A stretch of 64,000 bases of DNA, from NCBI GenBank assembly GCA_950097015.1, contig CATNEN010000024.1:2294001-2358000 (forward strand), in the 5' to 3' direction. The DNA is from Macrostomum hystrix (taxonomy: Eukaryota > Animalia > Platyhelminthes). Below the pieces are notes generated by a model. That model saw only the letters and a program-made list of their open reading frames with translations. It had not been told where the DNA came from and ran no database searches. Shown one piece after another: positions 1 through 10,937 of this stretch (its first letter is position 1; each line of letters opens with the position of its first letter). The translations under genes and the position numbers were made by a program.

Positions 1-327
1 GAATCCCATGTCGCCATCTTCCTCTTCAGACTCCTCCTTCTTGACCTCCTTTTTCTCTTCCTTCTTTGCCGCCGGGGCAGCGGCTGCGGCCGGGGCGGCG
101 CCGGCGGCGGCAGCGGGCGCGGCGGCACCAGAGGGCACGCTGGCCAATTTCTTCTGACCGGAGGCGATCACCTCGTCGACTGATTTGCCCTTCATCTCGC
201 TGATAAGCTTAGTGACTCGCTCCTCGTCGCAGTCGATGCCAACGGAGCCCAGGATCTTCTTGATGGCATCCTTAGTGGGCTCGTGGCCGCTCATGGAGGC
301 CAGCAGGTAAGCAGCAACGTAGCGCAT
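1..327 (-). CDS. RPLP2: 60S acidic ribosomal protein P2, intronless in the visible part; last ~4 codons lie beyond the window edge
   Basis: Manual translation from ATG at 327 gives MRYVAAYLLASMSGHEPTKDAIKKILGSVGIDCDEERVTKLISEMKGKSVDEVIASGQKKLASVPSGAAAPAAAAG...KKEESEEEDGDMGF. This has the P2 N-terminus, the Ala-rich hinge and the acidic DMGF(GLFD) tail. Confidence 0.97.
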   Translation of the reverse strand, partial: MRYVAAYLLASMSGHEPTKDAIKKILGSVGIDCDEERVTKLISEMKGKSVDEVIASGQKKLASVPSGAAAPAAAAGAAPAAAAAPAAKKEEKKEVKKEESEEEDGDMGF

Positions 328-587
328 GTTTGTAGCCTGGCTGAGAACTGATGCTAAGGCACCACTACAGCTGTAACAACAGAGTGACATACTAGAAGAG
401 TTCAAGTAATAAATAATGCTTTACTCATCTACGGAGACAAGTTTACGCCTGTGCCTAATTTAGTGACGAAATAAACATTTAAGAGAGGATAGCGCTCAGC
501 CTATGAAATAAGGCACATTCAACATTCAACTGACAAAATCTACGTCACTGAATTCATTGGATGTAGGAACAGAAGTCAATATTAGGG

Positions 588-1001
588 CCAATGAATAAAT
601 AAGAATAAAGGAATCAAGGAAACACCAATAATGAATAGACAACCACCCCCGATGGAGTGCTTAGCAAGAACGACAACGTGCAAGAAATGCGTAGGAATAG
701 TCACATAATAGCAATACAACACAAGAAAACAGATCGGACTCCAGAGCTAGATATGAGGATGAATTTAAAGGGTGATCACTGCATTGACAAGACAGGGCAA
801 TAGGCACGATGTGGACTTAGAAGGGTGTGAAAGTTGCGCAATAAGGCTAGGGTTTAAAGGCTGACTTGCAAGCAAAAAGAGGAGAATTTGGAGGGCAAGG
901 AGCGAGGGTCAGCTAGCCAATGAAATCTAAACCTATAGAAAAGTTCCACTGTGTCGAAATTAAAATGAGCCAATGGTTATGAAGAAATCACAGAGTCCAA
1001 T
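588..1001. promoter_or_regulatory. CCAAT-box cluster, candidate divergent promoter between RPLP2 and ORF 1129
   Basis: CCAAT occurs at about 588, 625, 917, 970 and 997 between two head-to-head start codons. Motif evidence only. Confidence 0.3.
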
Positions 1002-1128
1002 GAGAGTCGCCCGGACACGTCAATGTGGGCCAGTTTGATCCATATAAATAAAAGACCCCGAGGGCTTCTGAGATGGTATAATTCACGAATCGTTCTGAAC
1101 TGAAGAAATAAAATAAGCATTAAGCAAC

Positions 1129-1827
1129 ATGAAGCAGGAGCCAGTGGATATGGACACAGACACGAACACAATTGAGCCCGACAAGGCAAAGGCAGAAGAA
1201 CGGGAATTGAGGCCAACAGAGCGAAAGACCGAGGCCCAATTGCATCAAAGTAGCAAACCAAGACGTGGTCGGCCACCTCGGCAATGCGTGGTCAATAGTT
1301 CAGCTCCGCAGCCGAAGAGAGCCGGCAGGCGTATTAGCAGCAGACTACCGGTCTATGTGGACCCGATGAGGCGAATCAAAATGCTGCAGATGCAAGTCGA
1401 AGCAGCAGTAACTTTGTCTGCCGAGGTACCTAGACAACAGCCTGATGCCCCTAGAACAACAGCACCAGAACATCGGCCTTCTGCCAGGTCAGCGCCACCA
1501 CCTAGCGAGCCAAAAACTCGTCCAGCTCTGACTCCGACTCGCCTGCGACCAATCCAGCCACGGCCTCCAGCTGCTCTTCGACAGAATTCGCCCCAGAGCC
1601 TACCATTGCCGCTGGTTTATCAGCCTCGGATTCAGCCCCGGCTGCTTAAGAACCCCCCACTGGAGCAGGTTCAGCAGCAGCTTCTGTTGCAGCAGCAGCA
1701 GCATCTTATGCAGTACACTGGACACCCTCTGCAGCAGAGCCCGGGCCAGGTGAACCCCAGTATGTTCAACATAGAAGTTCGATTGGTGCCTACAATTCTG
1801 GACTTGTCAGGGCTTAAAGACTCATAA
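1129..1827 (+). CDS. Hypothetical 232-aa Arg/Pro/Gln-rich protein with one AT-hook-like motif
   Basis: Uninterrupted ORF in non-repetitive sequence with AAC-ATG context, KPRRGRPPR at 1255-1281 and a Gln-rich C-terminus. No family recognised. Confidence 0.45.
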   Translation: MKQEPVDMDTDTNTIEPDKAKAEERELRPTERKTEAQLHQSSKPRRGRPPRQCVVNSSAPQPKRAGRRISSRLPVYVDPMRRIKMLQMQVEAAVTLSAEVPRQQPDAPRTTAPEHRPSARSAPPPSEPKTRPALTPTRLRPIQPRPPAALRQNSPQSLPLPLVYQPRIQPRLLKNPPLEQVQQQLLLQQQQHLMQYTGHPLQQSPGQVNPSMFNIEVRLVPTILDLSGLKDS

Positions 1828-2470
1828 GGCAAATTCAGAGTAGGCCTAGCTTCTTTGTGTCAATATACTTTCTGTTTCTTACTCGTAATGAACCATAGCA
1901 AAAATTTTACTTTCCTGTACAATAAGTATATAAATTAGTTCTACTGTATGACATTTTTAACATTGTATACAACTGTTAAAAAACATGCTGCAATGTAACC
2001 TTTTAATTTGTTTAAATCAAGTTAAAGAAAATATATTGAAATGGTGTTTCAAATTAAAGTAGAGTACTTATAAGTCTATTAATATTTTTTTATGTATTAT
2101 AAAAAGTACCATGCAGAAAAAATTGATTTGTATATCTCAGGAAGAAAAATTCATAGCTAATGTGTACTAAATTGTACCAAAAATGTTAGAGCAGGGCCTA
2201 GTTCATGTAAAAATGAAGTTGGTTTACCTAAGTGAGCTAGGTACAAAAGTAATATGGAGCATTGGCATAATGACCAAGTTGATTAAGAGAGCAAAAAATT
2301 AAATTTTTGTGAGATTTTATTTGATTTGATTTATCATAAACAAAAAATATATACAAAGCAATTCTATATTATAAAAAGATGATTATATAACTAGGTGTAT
2401 ATAATTAACTAAAAAAGTAAGCATTAATATCTAGCCATATGGAAATTTTGGCCATGGGTATGGCTGTTTT

Positions 2471-3170
2471 TTGTCCATCATTAGCAATAATGCCAGAACA
2501 TTCACTTCTGCGGCAAAAATCTTAGAAACCAATGTCAGTGAAGAAGTTCAAAAGTATTTTAGTTCTCAAGGAATTTCATGGATGTTTATTCCAGCTAAAG
2601 CCCCTTGGTGGCTTCTGGGATTGATTAGTAAAATCAGTGAAGCTGGCTCTTTGTAAGGTGTTAAATTGCTTGCTACTGACTATTTATCAGTTTGTTACCA
2701 TGGTGATTGAAATATAGGCAAATTTTAATAGTCGGCCTTTGCTGTTCATTCCATCGGACAATTCTTCCAAAATAATTACTCCAGCGCATTTTCTCACATT
2801 GTGAAGACTGACCACATAGCCTGACTCAACAAATGACATTGTGCTACTGCTGTCTCAAAGGTTGAGCTTGCATTGTGCCACTTTGAATCAGTTTTGGAAA
2901 ATCTAGAGAGATATATATGTCATATCATTGAGAGAGTGCTCCATGGCCACTGGCAAGGGTTCTCATAAGCCCAAAATCAGTGAGGTGGTGTTAGTCAAAG
3001 GTGAGTGTCATCAGTCTCAACTCTGATGGAAGATGGGAGTCTTCAAGTTGCTGTCTCATGGCCATGATGGTGTTTGCAGGTCTGCCCTGGTTTGTTTGGC
3101 CCGTTTTGCTGACTTTTGTGGGGCTGAGCTTGTTAGATAGCCTATTCAGAAACTCACTCCATTAGAATTT
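2471..3170 (+). mobile_element. Degenerate BEL/Pao LTR retrotransposon, integrase and C-terminal remnant
   Basis: Broken-frame motifs typical of BEL/Pao integrase: SNNARTF...ISWMFIPAKAPWW, NFNSRPL (~2720), TPAHFL (~2780), QFWKI, PIQKLTPLE (~3140). Stops and frameshifts lie between them. Confidence 0.85.
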
Positions 3171-3488
3171 TCTATTAGTGACCCCTGACTTAATAGCTCA
3201 AGATGCTTATTCCTTTTTGTGTCGTTAAAATGTTAACTTCAAGAGCTCTCAATTCGAAAAAAGACATTCACACAATGCATCATTTTATCATTAATTTTGA
3301 TATCTGGTGTTGGGAACATTCTATCACTCTTGTGTATTATTTGTGTATAATGCTTTTTCTTCTATGTATTTTTTCTATGCAGGACTGGTACTTCAAAATC
3401 AATTTCTTCTATTTTTCTCTTCCCTTGCTCATTTTCCTTTGTTTCTTCATTAAAGTCTTTGTTATAAAAAACTACATTTTTGGGGGAA

Positions 3489-3774
3489 TGTTTTAAATGC
3501 TGTCCAATTCCCATGTATTCTTGTGTTTTCTATATTAACTTTCTCAGTGTACATTCATTTCCTTTCCCTCCTGCCTATTCTCTCTCTCTCAGCTCACATA
3601 ATTATCGATTGCGCCCTTATCTGTGTCTTGCTTGCCGCTTAGCTCTACTCATTCTGTGCCTCCCCTATCTTCTCTTATCTCACCTTTGCTCACCCATTCC
3701 CCCAATTTATTAATAAATGTGTTTTGGGCTTGTGCCAGGCTAAGCCTTTGGACTTGCCTGCTCAGTTTTCCACA
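3489..3774 (+). mobile_element. Probable 3' LTR of the BEL/Pao remnant
   Basis: Follows a polypurine GGGGGAA, starts TGTT, contains AATAAA at 3712 and ends CACA. A ~57-bp piece recurs at ~8502-8558. Confidence 0.55.
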
Positions 3775-4914
3775 TATTAACTGCCTACATTTCCCAGCTT
3801 AATTTCATTACAACTGGCTTATTCACATGGAACACTAGAGAGATAGGTTTCTTATCTGTTTGAATGTATCATGGGAATGATATCAACTGGCTTATCTGCA
3901 GAGAACAATATAGAGATAGCTTTCCTATCAGTTTCTATGTACTGTGGGAATAAGCCAGTTGATATTCAGTGAAAAATATAAATAGATAGGAAAGCTATCT
4001 CCCCAGTGCTCTATCTGGATAAGTCAGTAATTTATTTAAAGAGCTTGCGTGCACGGCTGCCATTCGCCCAAAGCCACACTTGCGTGCACGGCTGCCGTTC
4101 GCCCAAAGCCATACTTGCGTGCATGGCAGCCGTTCACTCAAAGCCATACTTGTGTGCACGGTCAACATGCACACATGTGACCATCTGCACTGCATGCTTG
4201 ACTTACTTATTAGCTCATATCACTGAAATGAGTGCGCGTATATAAATGTGATTCGAAGCACTATGTACATACATGCACATATCTCAAATGATATGTTTGT
4301 TCAATTCACAATTGCATGCAAAGTGAAGTGTACAATGTAGTTCTTTGAGATCAGAGTCACAGTAGGGCATCACTAGCCTGGAATCGGTTCAGAATAACAA
4401 ATCATTATTTCTTTTATGAATGAAAAGTAATTTATAGCAATTAAGATTTTTTAAGTGCTAGTAAATAATATTTTATTAAATGTTTATTGCTTGTTATTCA
4501 ATCTTAAACATACGACACAACTTCTGAGCTCTTGAAAAAATACTATGTAATGCTCCTTCTGCAATAATATATGGATTTTGTTATTCTGAGCCGATGCTCA
4601 GTGATGACCAGGTTTTATGCGTACCCAGTCACAGTCACATACATTACATATATATTACATGTACATGAACTGCATACATTTCAATGCAACGTCCAGGTCT
4701 TGGCGTTGTAAAACAGGACATTCTGAACCGCTCCTCCTCGGTGCAATAAGCAATTAAGCACCGCGAACATTTCTTATAAGTGGCATGGTCGTTATGGAAT
4801 TGTCTTTAATGACGGTTGCATGTGACAATTGTGATGACTTGTACATTGCAATACAAGTTTAGTAATTCCAAAAAATTCCTTTGTAATGGCGATTGGACAA
4901 CTGATTTCAGACAA

Positions 4915-6545
4915 GGCAGTGCTTATCCCCACGGTACCATAGAAATATTTTTTGTCTTATTCCTACGGTACCGTGGGAATAATTTCCTGCTTATCCGCAC
5001 GGCACACTGACGAGATAGCTGTCCTGTAGCCAGCTACACGAATGATCTTTTTATCATGACTGCAATTTTCATTTTTTCTTCCGGTTTTTAAAAACAAGTA
5101 AACAAATTAAACTTTTTTTTTTTCGCAAGTAGTTACCCAATACGGTGGCTTTTTAAGTATATAAAATATATATTTCTATTATTTATATATTTAAAAGAAT
5201 ACAACTGAAGTGTGTATTTTTCTAATCTTATAGCTCAAGCCTTCTAAGTCTATAGCTGAAGATGTGTGCGAATGTGTGCGAAGATGTGTGAAGGACAGCT
5301 ATCTCGTCAGTGTGTGTGCGGATAAGCAGGAAATTATTCCCACGGAATATGTTGAAGATAGGACAGCTATCTCTACAGTGTGCCGTGTGGATAATAGGGG
5401 TCACAATCCTGGGATCCCGGGATTTAGACATTTTTCGGGATTACGGGATCCCGGGATTGGAAGTCAGGATTGCGTCGGGATTCGGGAATTAAATATTAAA
5501 AAGTGAAAAGTAGAAAATGAGTTACTGAAATAGTAAAAAACAAGATATTATGATGGTATGGTATGGTACATGTGCAGTGCATTACAAATTATGCAGTGAA
5601 GGGCTGTCCAGAAAGACAGCAGGGAATCAGGGAGGGATAGAATAAACTCCAACCAACTGCAGTCATTGGTCAGACTTAGAGGCAGCACTAGCAGGCAGAC
5701 CCCTGGGCCTGGCCCCTGGGACAGGGAGAGAAATGAACCTTGCTAAGATAGGCTGGGGTGGGGTCTGGGCTCTGGGCCTATGGTTGGGTTTGGCTGGGTG
5801 GGTGGGCTAGAGGGGAATGAGAGCTTTGTGCATGTACACTGTAGTGTATGTACACTTTAACAATCTGCTCTGCTTCTGCATGAGGTGGTGGGTGGAGGGA
5901 GGTGGCCTGGAGGGACTTTTTATAATGAACATCTGATGGCTAAGTTACTTGTTACTTGATGCTTGATAGATGGATATAGTTGTATGATGTGACTTCTGGT
6001 TCTGACAATGAAGACTCTGAACTCAACTCATACTCTGAGTCAGAACACAAAATGTATGGCATAGCAGCAATACAATACAGTGCTATCTAAAAGCGAAAAG
6101 TGAGAACAGTTTATTGGATTGAATTTTGTTCTTTTTGAGTTCCTTTATTCATTTAGTAATATATTACTATTAGGCAAGAACATGTACAATAGGGAGCAAG
6201 TTAAACAGCGTTAAAAACTTAAAATGCACAAATGGGATGCTTGTTTTGTCACCAAAATCAGAATTTATGACGCAATCGAGGTAAACTGGGAGGAAATCTC
6301 CAATCCCGAAGTCAATCCCCGGATCCCGGGATTTCGAGTTTTTTAATATCGGAATCCCGGGATTGAAAAAAGCCGCGATTTTGCGACCCCTAGCAGATAA
6401 GCAGGAAATTATTCCCATGGAATATGTTGAAGATAGGACAGCTATCTTGTCAGTGTGCCGTGCGGATAAGTAGGAAATTATTCCCACGGTACCATAGGAA
6501 TAAGACAAAAATTATTTCTACAGTACCGTGGGGATAAGCACTGCT
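4915..6545. mobile_element. Non-autonomous TIR element (middle, MULE-like), ~110-bp TIRs, 9-bp TSD
   Basis: GGCAGTGCTTATCCCCACGGTAC... at 4915 is inverted at 6436-6545. TSD TTCAGACAA at 4906-4914 and 6546-6554. Confidence 0.85.
5395..6392. mobile_element. Non-autonomous hAT-like element (inner), 8-bp TSD
   Basis: TIR TAGGGGTC(A/G)CAA at both ends with subterminal ATCCCGGGAT motifs. TSD copies GTGGATAA (5387-5394) and GCAGATAA (6393-6400) each differ by one base from host-repeat GCGGATAA. Confidence 0.8.
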
Positions 6546-7229
6546 TTCAGACAATTGCAAATAAGGAGAACGTGGCAAGGAGGGAGGTTGCCTCCCTCCC
6601 TTGTAGTGTATACTACAAGCAGGGACCACTAGATGGTGAATTTGGAGTTGAATGAATAAATCATAAACGTATGCATATCATGCATCGACTTTCCATACAC
6701 GTATACACGCACTGTTCATACACAAACACTGCCACAAAGTCAGTGACCTGACAAATCCTTCGAAGCAAATTTTCCTGGGTTTTCGGGAATGCATGTGCTC
6801 ATGTACATTACGTGTATGTTACACTACGTACACACATCACATACATTACATGTACATGTATAAGTAGTACGTGACTGCGACTCTGATCTCAAAGAACTAC
6901 ATTGTACACTTCACTTTGCATGCAATTGTGAATTGAACAAGCATATCATTTGAGATATGTGGTGCATGTATGTACATAGTGCTTCGAATCACATTTATAT
7001 GCGTGCACTCATTTCAGTGATACGAGCTAATAAGTAAGTCAAGCATGTAGTGCAGATGGTCACATGTCTGCATGTTGACCGTGCACACAAGTATGGCTTT
7101 GAGTGAACGGCTGCCATGCACGCAAGTATGGCTTTGGGCGAACGGCAGCCGTGCACGCAAGCTTTTCGTAATTTATTCCCACAATTACATGTGATATGAT
7201 GAACATTATTGCTATGGTTACCAAGAAAT

Positions 7230-7509
7230 CATACATGCACAACCTCCCAAATCTTAGCCGGCCGTGCGACTTAGTTTTTGCTCTAATTATGACTTAGTTT
7301 GTTTCATTGCTCTATTTGCAACTTAGTTTGCTCTCTTTTGCTCTCTTTTTCTCTCCCTTCTTTCCTTTTCTTCACGCCTTCCTTTTTTGTCCCTTGGTCC
7401 CCCCTTTGATTTTTTTGCACTTGGTTGATTGGTTTTTGCGACTTACCTTGCTTGGCCCTCGTTTCACCTAGCCGGTTTGGTCGGGTCGGCCGGGTGTTGC
7501 GCATGTATG
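7230..7509. mobile_element. hAT-type MITE with perfect 8-bp TSD
   Basis: TIR CATACATGC(A/G)CAAC at both ends. TSD CAAGAAAT at 7222-7229 and 7510-7517. A second copy lies at ~31488. Confidence 0.85.
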
Positions 7510-8709
7510 CAAGAAATTAGGCCTACCAAACAAATGCACCATTTTTTACCAAGAAATCTATAAAATTATTATTAGGCCTATACATTTAATTTAAAAAGTT
7601 TTTTCTAAATCTGCTTTTGCTTAGGCCTATTTTAGTATTTACATTTAGCTTTTTTTATTCTGAATTTGTGTATTGGTGTAGGCCTACACTTAATTGACTA
7701 TTTTGGGAGTAAGCACACAAGGAGTAGTTCTTGGCATACAATCATAAAAATAGGAAATTCTAGTTTAGCATACACCAAGCCATGGTCCTGACTATTATTG
7801 CATATCTAACAGGGCTATCACAGAACAAAAGAGTGTTTTGTAAAAAAAGATACGAGGCACAAAAAGGGTGAATTTTTGGTGCACAGTGAACAACAGTACA
7901 ATTTTTAAAGCTATTTTTTCTGGAACTCACTGTTACCTTTGGCTACTTTGTTTTTGTAAAGCTACATAATAAAATACAATATGATATGCAGAGAGGCCTA
8001 GTCTTAATTATTTATGATTTTATAATTCAGACTTTTCAGAAGGTAAAATTGACGTTTGAAAATAAATCGTCTTAACAAAGTGTCAAAACATTTCATTTAG
8101 GCCTACCATTCGCGAGTTTTATTATTATTTTTTCCTTTTAATAATCATTTTATTATTCTTGGTAAATATTTTAGCAATTTGTAAAAATTTTTTTGTTACT
8201 ACCTCCGGCATTAACTATTTGCCGCTTTTCCAAAATACTCATTCTAATGTCACCCAAACGAAACAAAAAAGGCAAAAATGAGGCTTTATTCACTTAGGTT
8301 TTCGTCATTAGAAAATCAGATACGGCATCCAAATAAAATACAAACATAGAAGCCTATTTTCTCTGGAACTTGGGGTTTGGACTTATAGTTTCGTCCATAA
8401 TCAAAAACAAATTGTTATGGATAATATATAAAACAATATATAAGTAAATCAAATGAAAAAACATGATATATTCTGAATTTCTGCATTCTGCTGCCCAACG
8501 TGTTTTCTATATTAATTTTCTCAGTGTACATTCATTTCCTTTCCCTCCTACCTATTCTCCAAATAAAATACAAACATATAAGCCTATATTTTCTCTGGCT
8601 TAAGACACACATCATAGCTGTGTGTGATGACTTCCGGTACCTCGGATCGCTAGCTATATGAGCCCGGACTCCATCTTCTCCGTCGTCTCCATCGTCTCCA
8701 TCGTCACCA

Positions 8710-9050
8710 TCAGGAGTGGAATCAGCTGCCTGGCGCGCGGTGCACCCCCCAGGAACGTCTTCATGCAACTCAACGCGGCGAGAGACGGCCTAAATGTGCG
8801 CCTCTTCCGCGCGGCCGTACATGGAGCCGATCCTATTGAATGGCATGGAATCGGTGCCAATGACGGACACTCGAGAGCGAGCCCTGGACGAGAGCGAACC
8901 CTGTACAGGTCCCTGCTGCGCTTCACCCTGGGCGTGCACTACCCCGAGAGGTTGCGGTCTAGAGATCTGATGGCCCGCGCCGGCGTTCCAGATCAGAGCG
9001 TCAACCTGCGCAGGCCCCGCCAAATGCAGCTGGGCCACTGTTTGCGGAGT
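8710..9050 (+). mobile_element. Decayed 3' fragment of an RTE-like LINE reverse transcriptase
   Basis: Frameshifted peptides (LNVRLFRAAV / MEPILLNGMESVPMT / LYRSLLRFTLGVHYPERL...QLGHCLR) parallel the post-RT region of the LINE ORF at 40927. Confidence 0.7.
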
Positions 9051-10168
9051 CATGGCTGCGGCGATCCCAATTCAATTAATAATCTCCCTAACTTGTGTTT
9101 TGCTTTCCAAACACTCGACATAAAGAATTCCCACACAACCGACACAAGCAGAAATCGCGACTGCTTCATGCAAGGCAGTTTGTTTGGTGAGTTAACTATC
9201 GAGTCACGTGCCAAATAGCTCTCCAGATCAGTCATTGATTTATGGAGTATTTGCTTCTCGGCATCAATAAGATCCTTACATTTAAGAGACCAAGAGAGAC
9301 AGGCTTTTCGTGTTCTGATCTATAGGAATTGTTGAGGAGCAGCTGTGGGTAGATAATGACTGCCAAATCAAATGAAATCGCAGCGCTGGTGGATCCAATT
9401 TCAGACATGCAGGCTATTGCGCTACAACAAACAAAACTGTGGCTGCCTGACTTCCTTATGGGTCCAGTCTCGATAATGTGTGCTCTGCTAGAACTCCGAA
9501 TTCAAGAGACTATGCGTCAATCAGTTTACTCTAAGAAATTTCTAAGCATGACTTCCTGACTGTAGCAACCCGCAGTATACGCAGGTCCTGTGATGTCAGG
9601 CCCAATCTAAAACACAGCCGGACGCGAGGTAGAAAAGTTTTGGCTCGTCAGAAGCATTTTTCTAATGGCCATTAAACTCCCCCTTGATTAAGCAAAGTGG
9701 GCTGTGGCCACAAGTCATCATTGGCGATAGTCGACACGCAGCCAGCAAGGAGGCAATATCTTGAGCACTAAACTCTTAAAACATTTGTTTTGAACCTTTG
9801 CTTATGAGTAAGCATTAAATTTATATTCTTACTGAATTCATGCGGCCTAATGTGTGTTCCGCTTTAGAACTCGTCAAGACCCCAAACCAAAACCTTCTAT
9901 AGGTGTGAATGGGATATCTACGACTACGAGTACAGTTTATTAATGCGAGGAATAGAGGCTATATATACAGGTGGTTCTCAATGCGAATTGCGCGCAGCCA
10001 GCTCTCGGAGCTGAATCGCACGCAGATTTGGCGTCAGGTGGCGATTAGCGAAACACTTTCACCCTGGCCCACCTCCCAGCCAGCCAACCTCCCGCCGCCA
10101 CTCGTGAGAGCGATTTGGCAAGCGATTTTGCTATTCTGCAGAATAAAATGGTGAGCTGCATAGGCGCG

Positions 10169-10461
10169 GGATTAGCGGCTCTGGTGGGCAGCGCGGCTAA
10201 TCCAGAGGATTAGAGAGAGGGGCCCAGCAAGGTGTCTCCGTCCGGCTGGTGCTTCTTTTGCGAATGGAGTGAGAAATAAACTTCTCCTAAAACCCGATTT
10301 TTATCCCCGCCGATAGCTTTCCTATTCCCCTGGTCGGGTCTCCCTAATCCCTTCGCAAGCGGTGGAACCTGTTGGCTCCGGGAATTCCAAAAACTTCTCC
10401 ACTTCCACCAGTGCCAAAGTGTCACTCAGTGGCTGAGCTGGGATCTCAGCAATTGGGATTA
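10169..10461. promoter_or_regulatory. Cluster of five TAATCC/GGATTA (K50 homeodomain-type) motifs, candidate enhancer
   Basis: Sites at 10169, 10198, 10207, 10345 and 10456 in unique, relatively GC-rich DNA. Motif evidence only. Confidence 0.35.
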
Positions 10462-10744
10462 AAATCCGCATTTTTATTTACAATGGGGACAGAAATAGCT
10501 CGGCTCACTTCCCTCATTGGATTCTCAAATCTATTTTCTCGTATCTCAGCCAGTTGATCGAGAATCGTTTTCTCTATATCTTTATCTTTCAGCTGCGGCT
10601 GAGCCACTGGCCCAACTGGACTCAAATAGTGTCATTTCTATTTTACTATTGTCTTCTAGCTCGTATGAGAATTTTTACCAATTTTTTTATTTCAGGTGTT
10701 ATAAGATTTCCCCAAATTCCGCCAAATAGTGCCAACCCACTATC

Positions 10745-10897
10745 TCAGCTGATGACTCTGCTCATTTTACAACTGGATGAGCTGAAGCACCATGCAATTT
10801 AGGGTCTCGCTCATGGACACTAATAGCCTTCCTTGGGCTGAGATTCGAACTTCTGATCTTTCAGTAAAAGATCAGAAAATTTAACCACTAGAAGCTT
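10745..10897 (-). mobile_element. tRNA-derived SINE relic
   Basis: Minus strand has an A-box-like TAGTGGTTAA and a B-box GTTCGAATC. It continues GTGTCCATGAGCGAGACCC...CAGCTCATCCAGTTGTAAAATGAG, resembling invertebrate SINE bodies. Confidence 0.55.
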
Positions 10898-10937
10898 CCT
10901 TTTAAAAGCCAGGTAAAAGAGCCGTTTTAATAAACTT

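Larger units (their letters stand above)
4037..7167. mobile_element. Non-autonomous TIR DNA transposon (outer element, MULE/foldback-like) with ~300-bp TIRs
   Basis: 4041-4360 is the reverse complement of ~6870-7164, and the TIRs contain 35-bp subrepeats. The direct repeat GTAATTTATT flanks it at 4027-4036 and 7168-7177. Confidence 0.85.

Noticed and set aside
8329-8598. ~38-bp direct repeats flanking ~190 bp that include a BEL LTR fragment
   Set aside because: This looks like local rearrangement debris among decayed TEs, with no termini or coding capacity.
9356-9559. ORF with faint similarity to a LINE APE N-terminus (EIAAL...IALQQTKL)
   Set aside because: Too short and degenerate, with no supporting downstream motifs.
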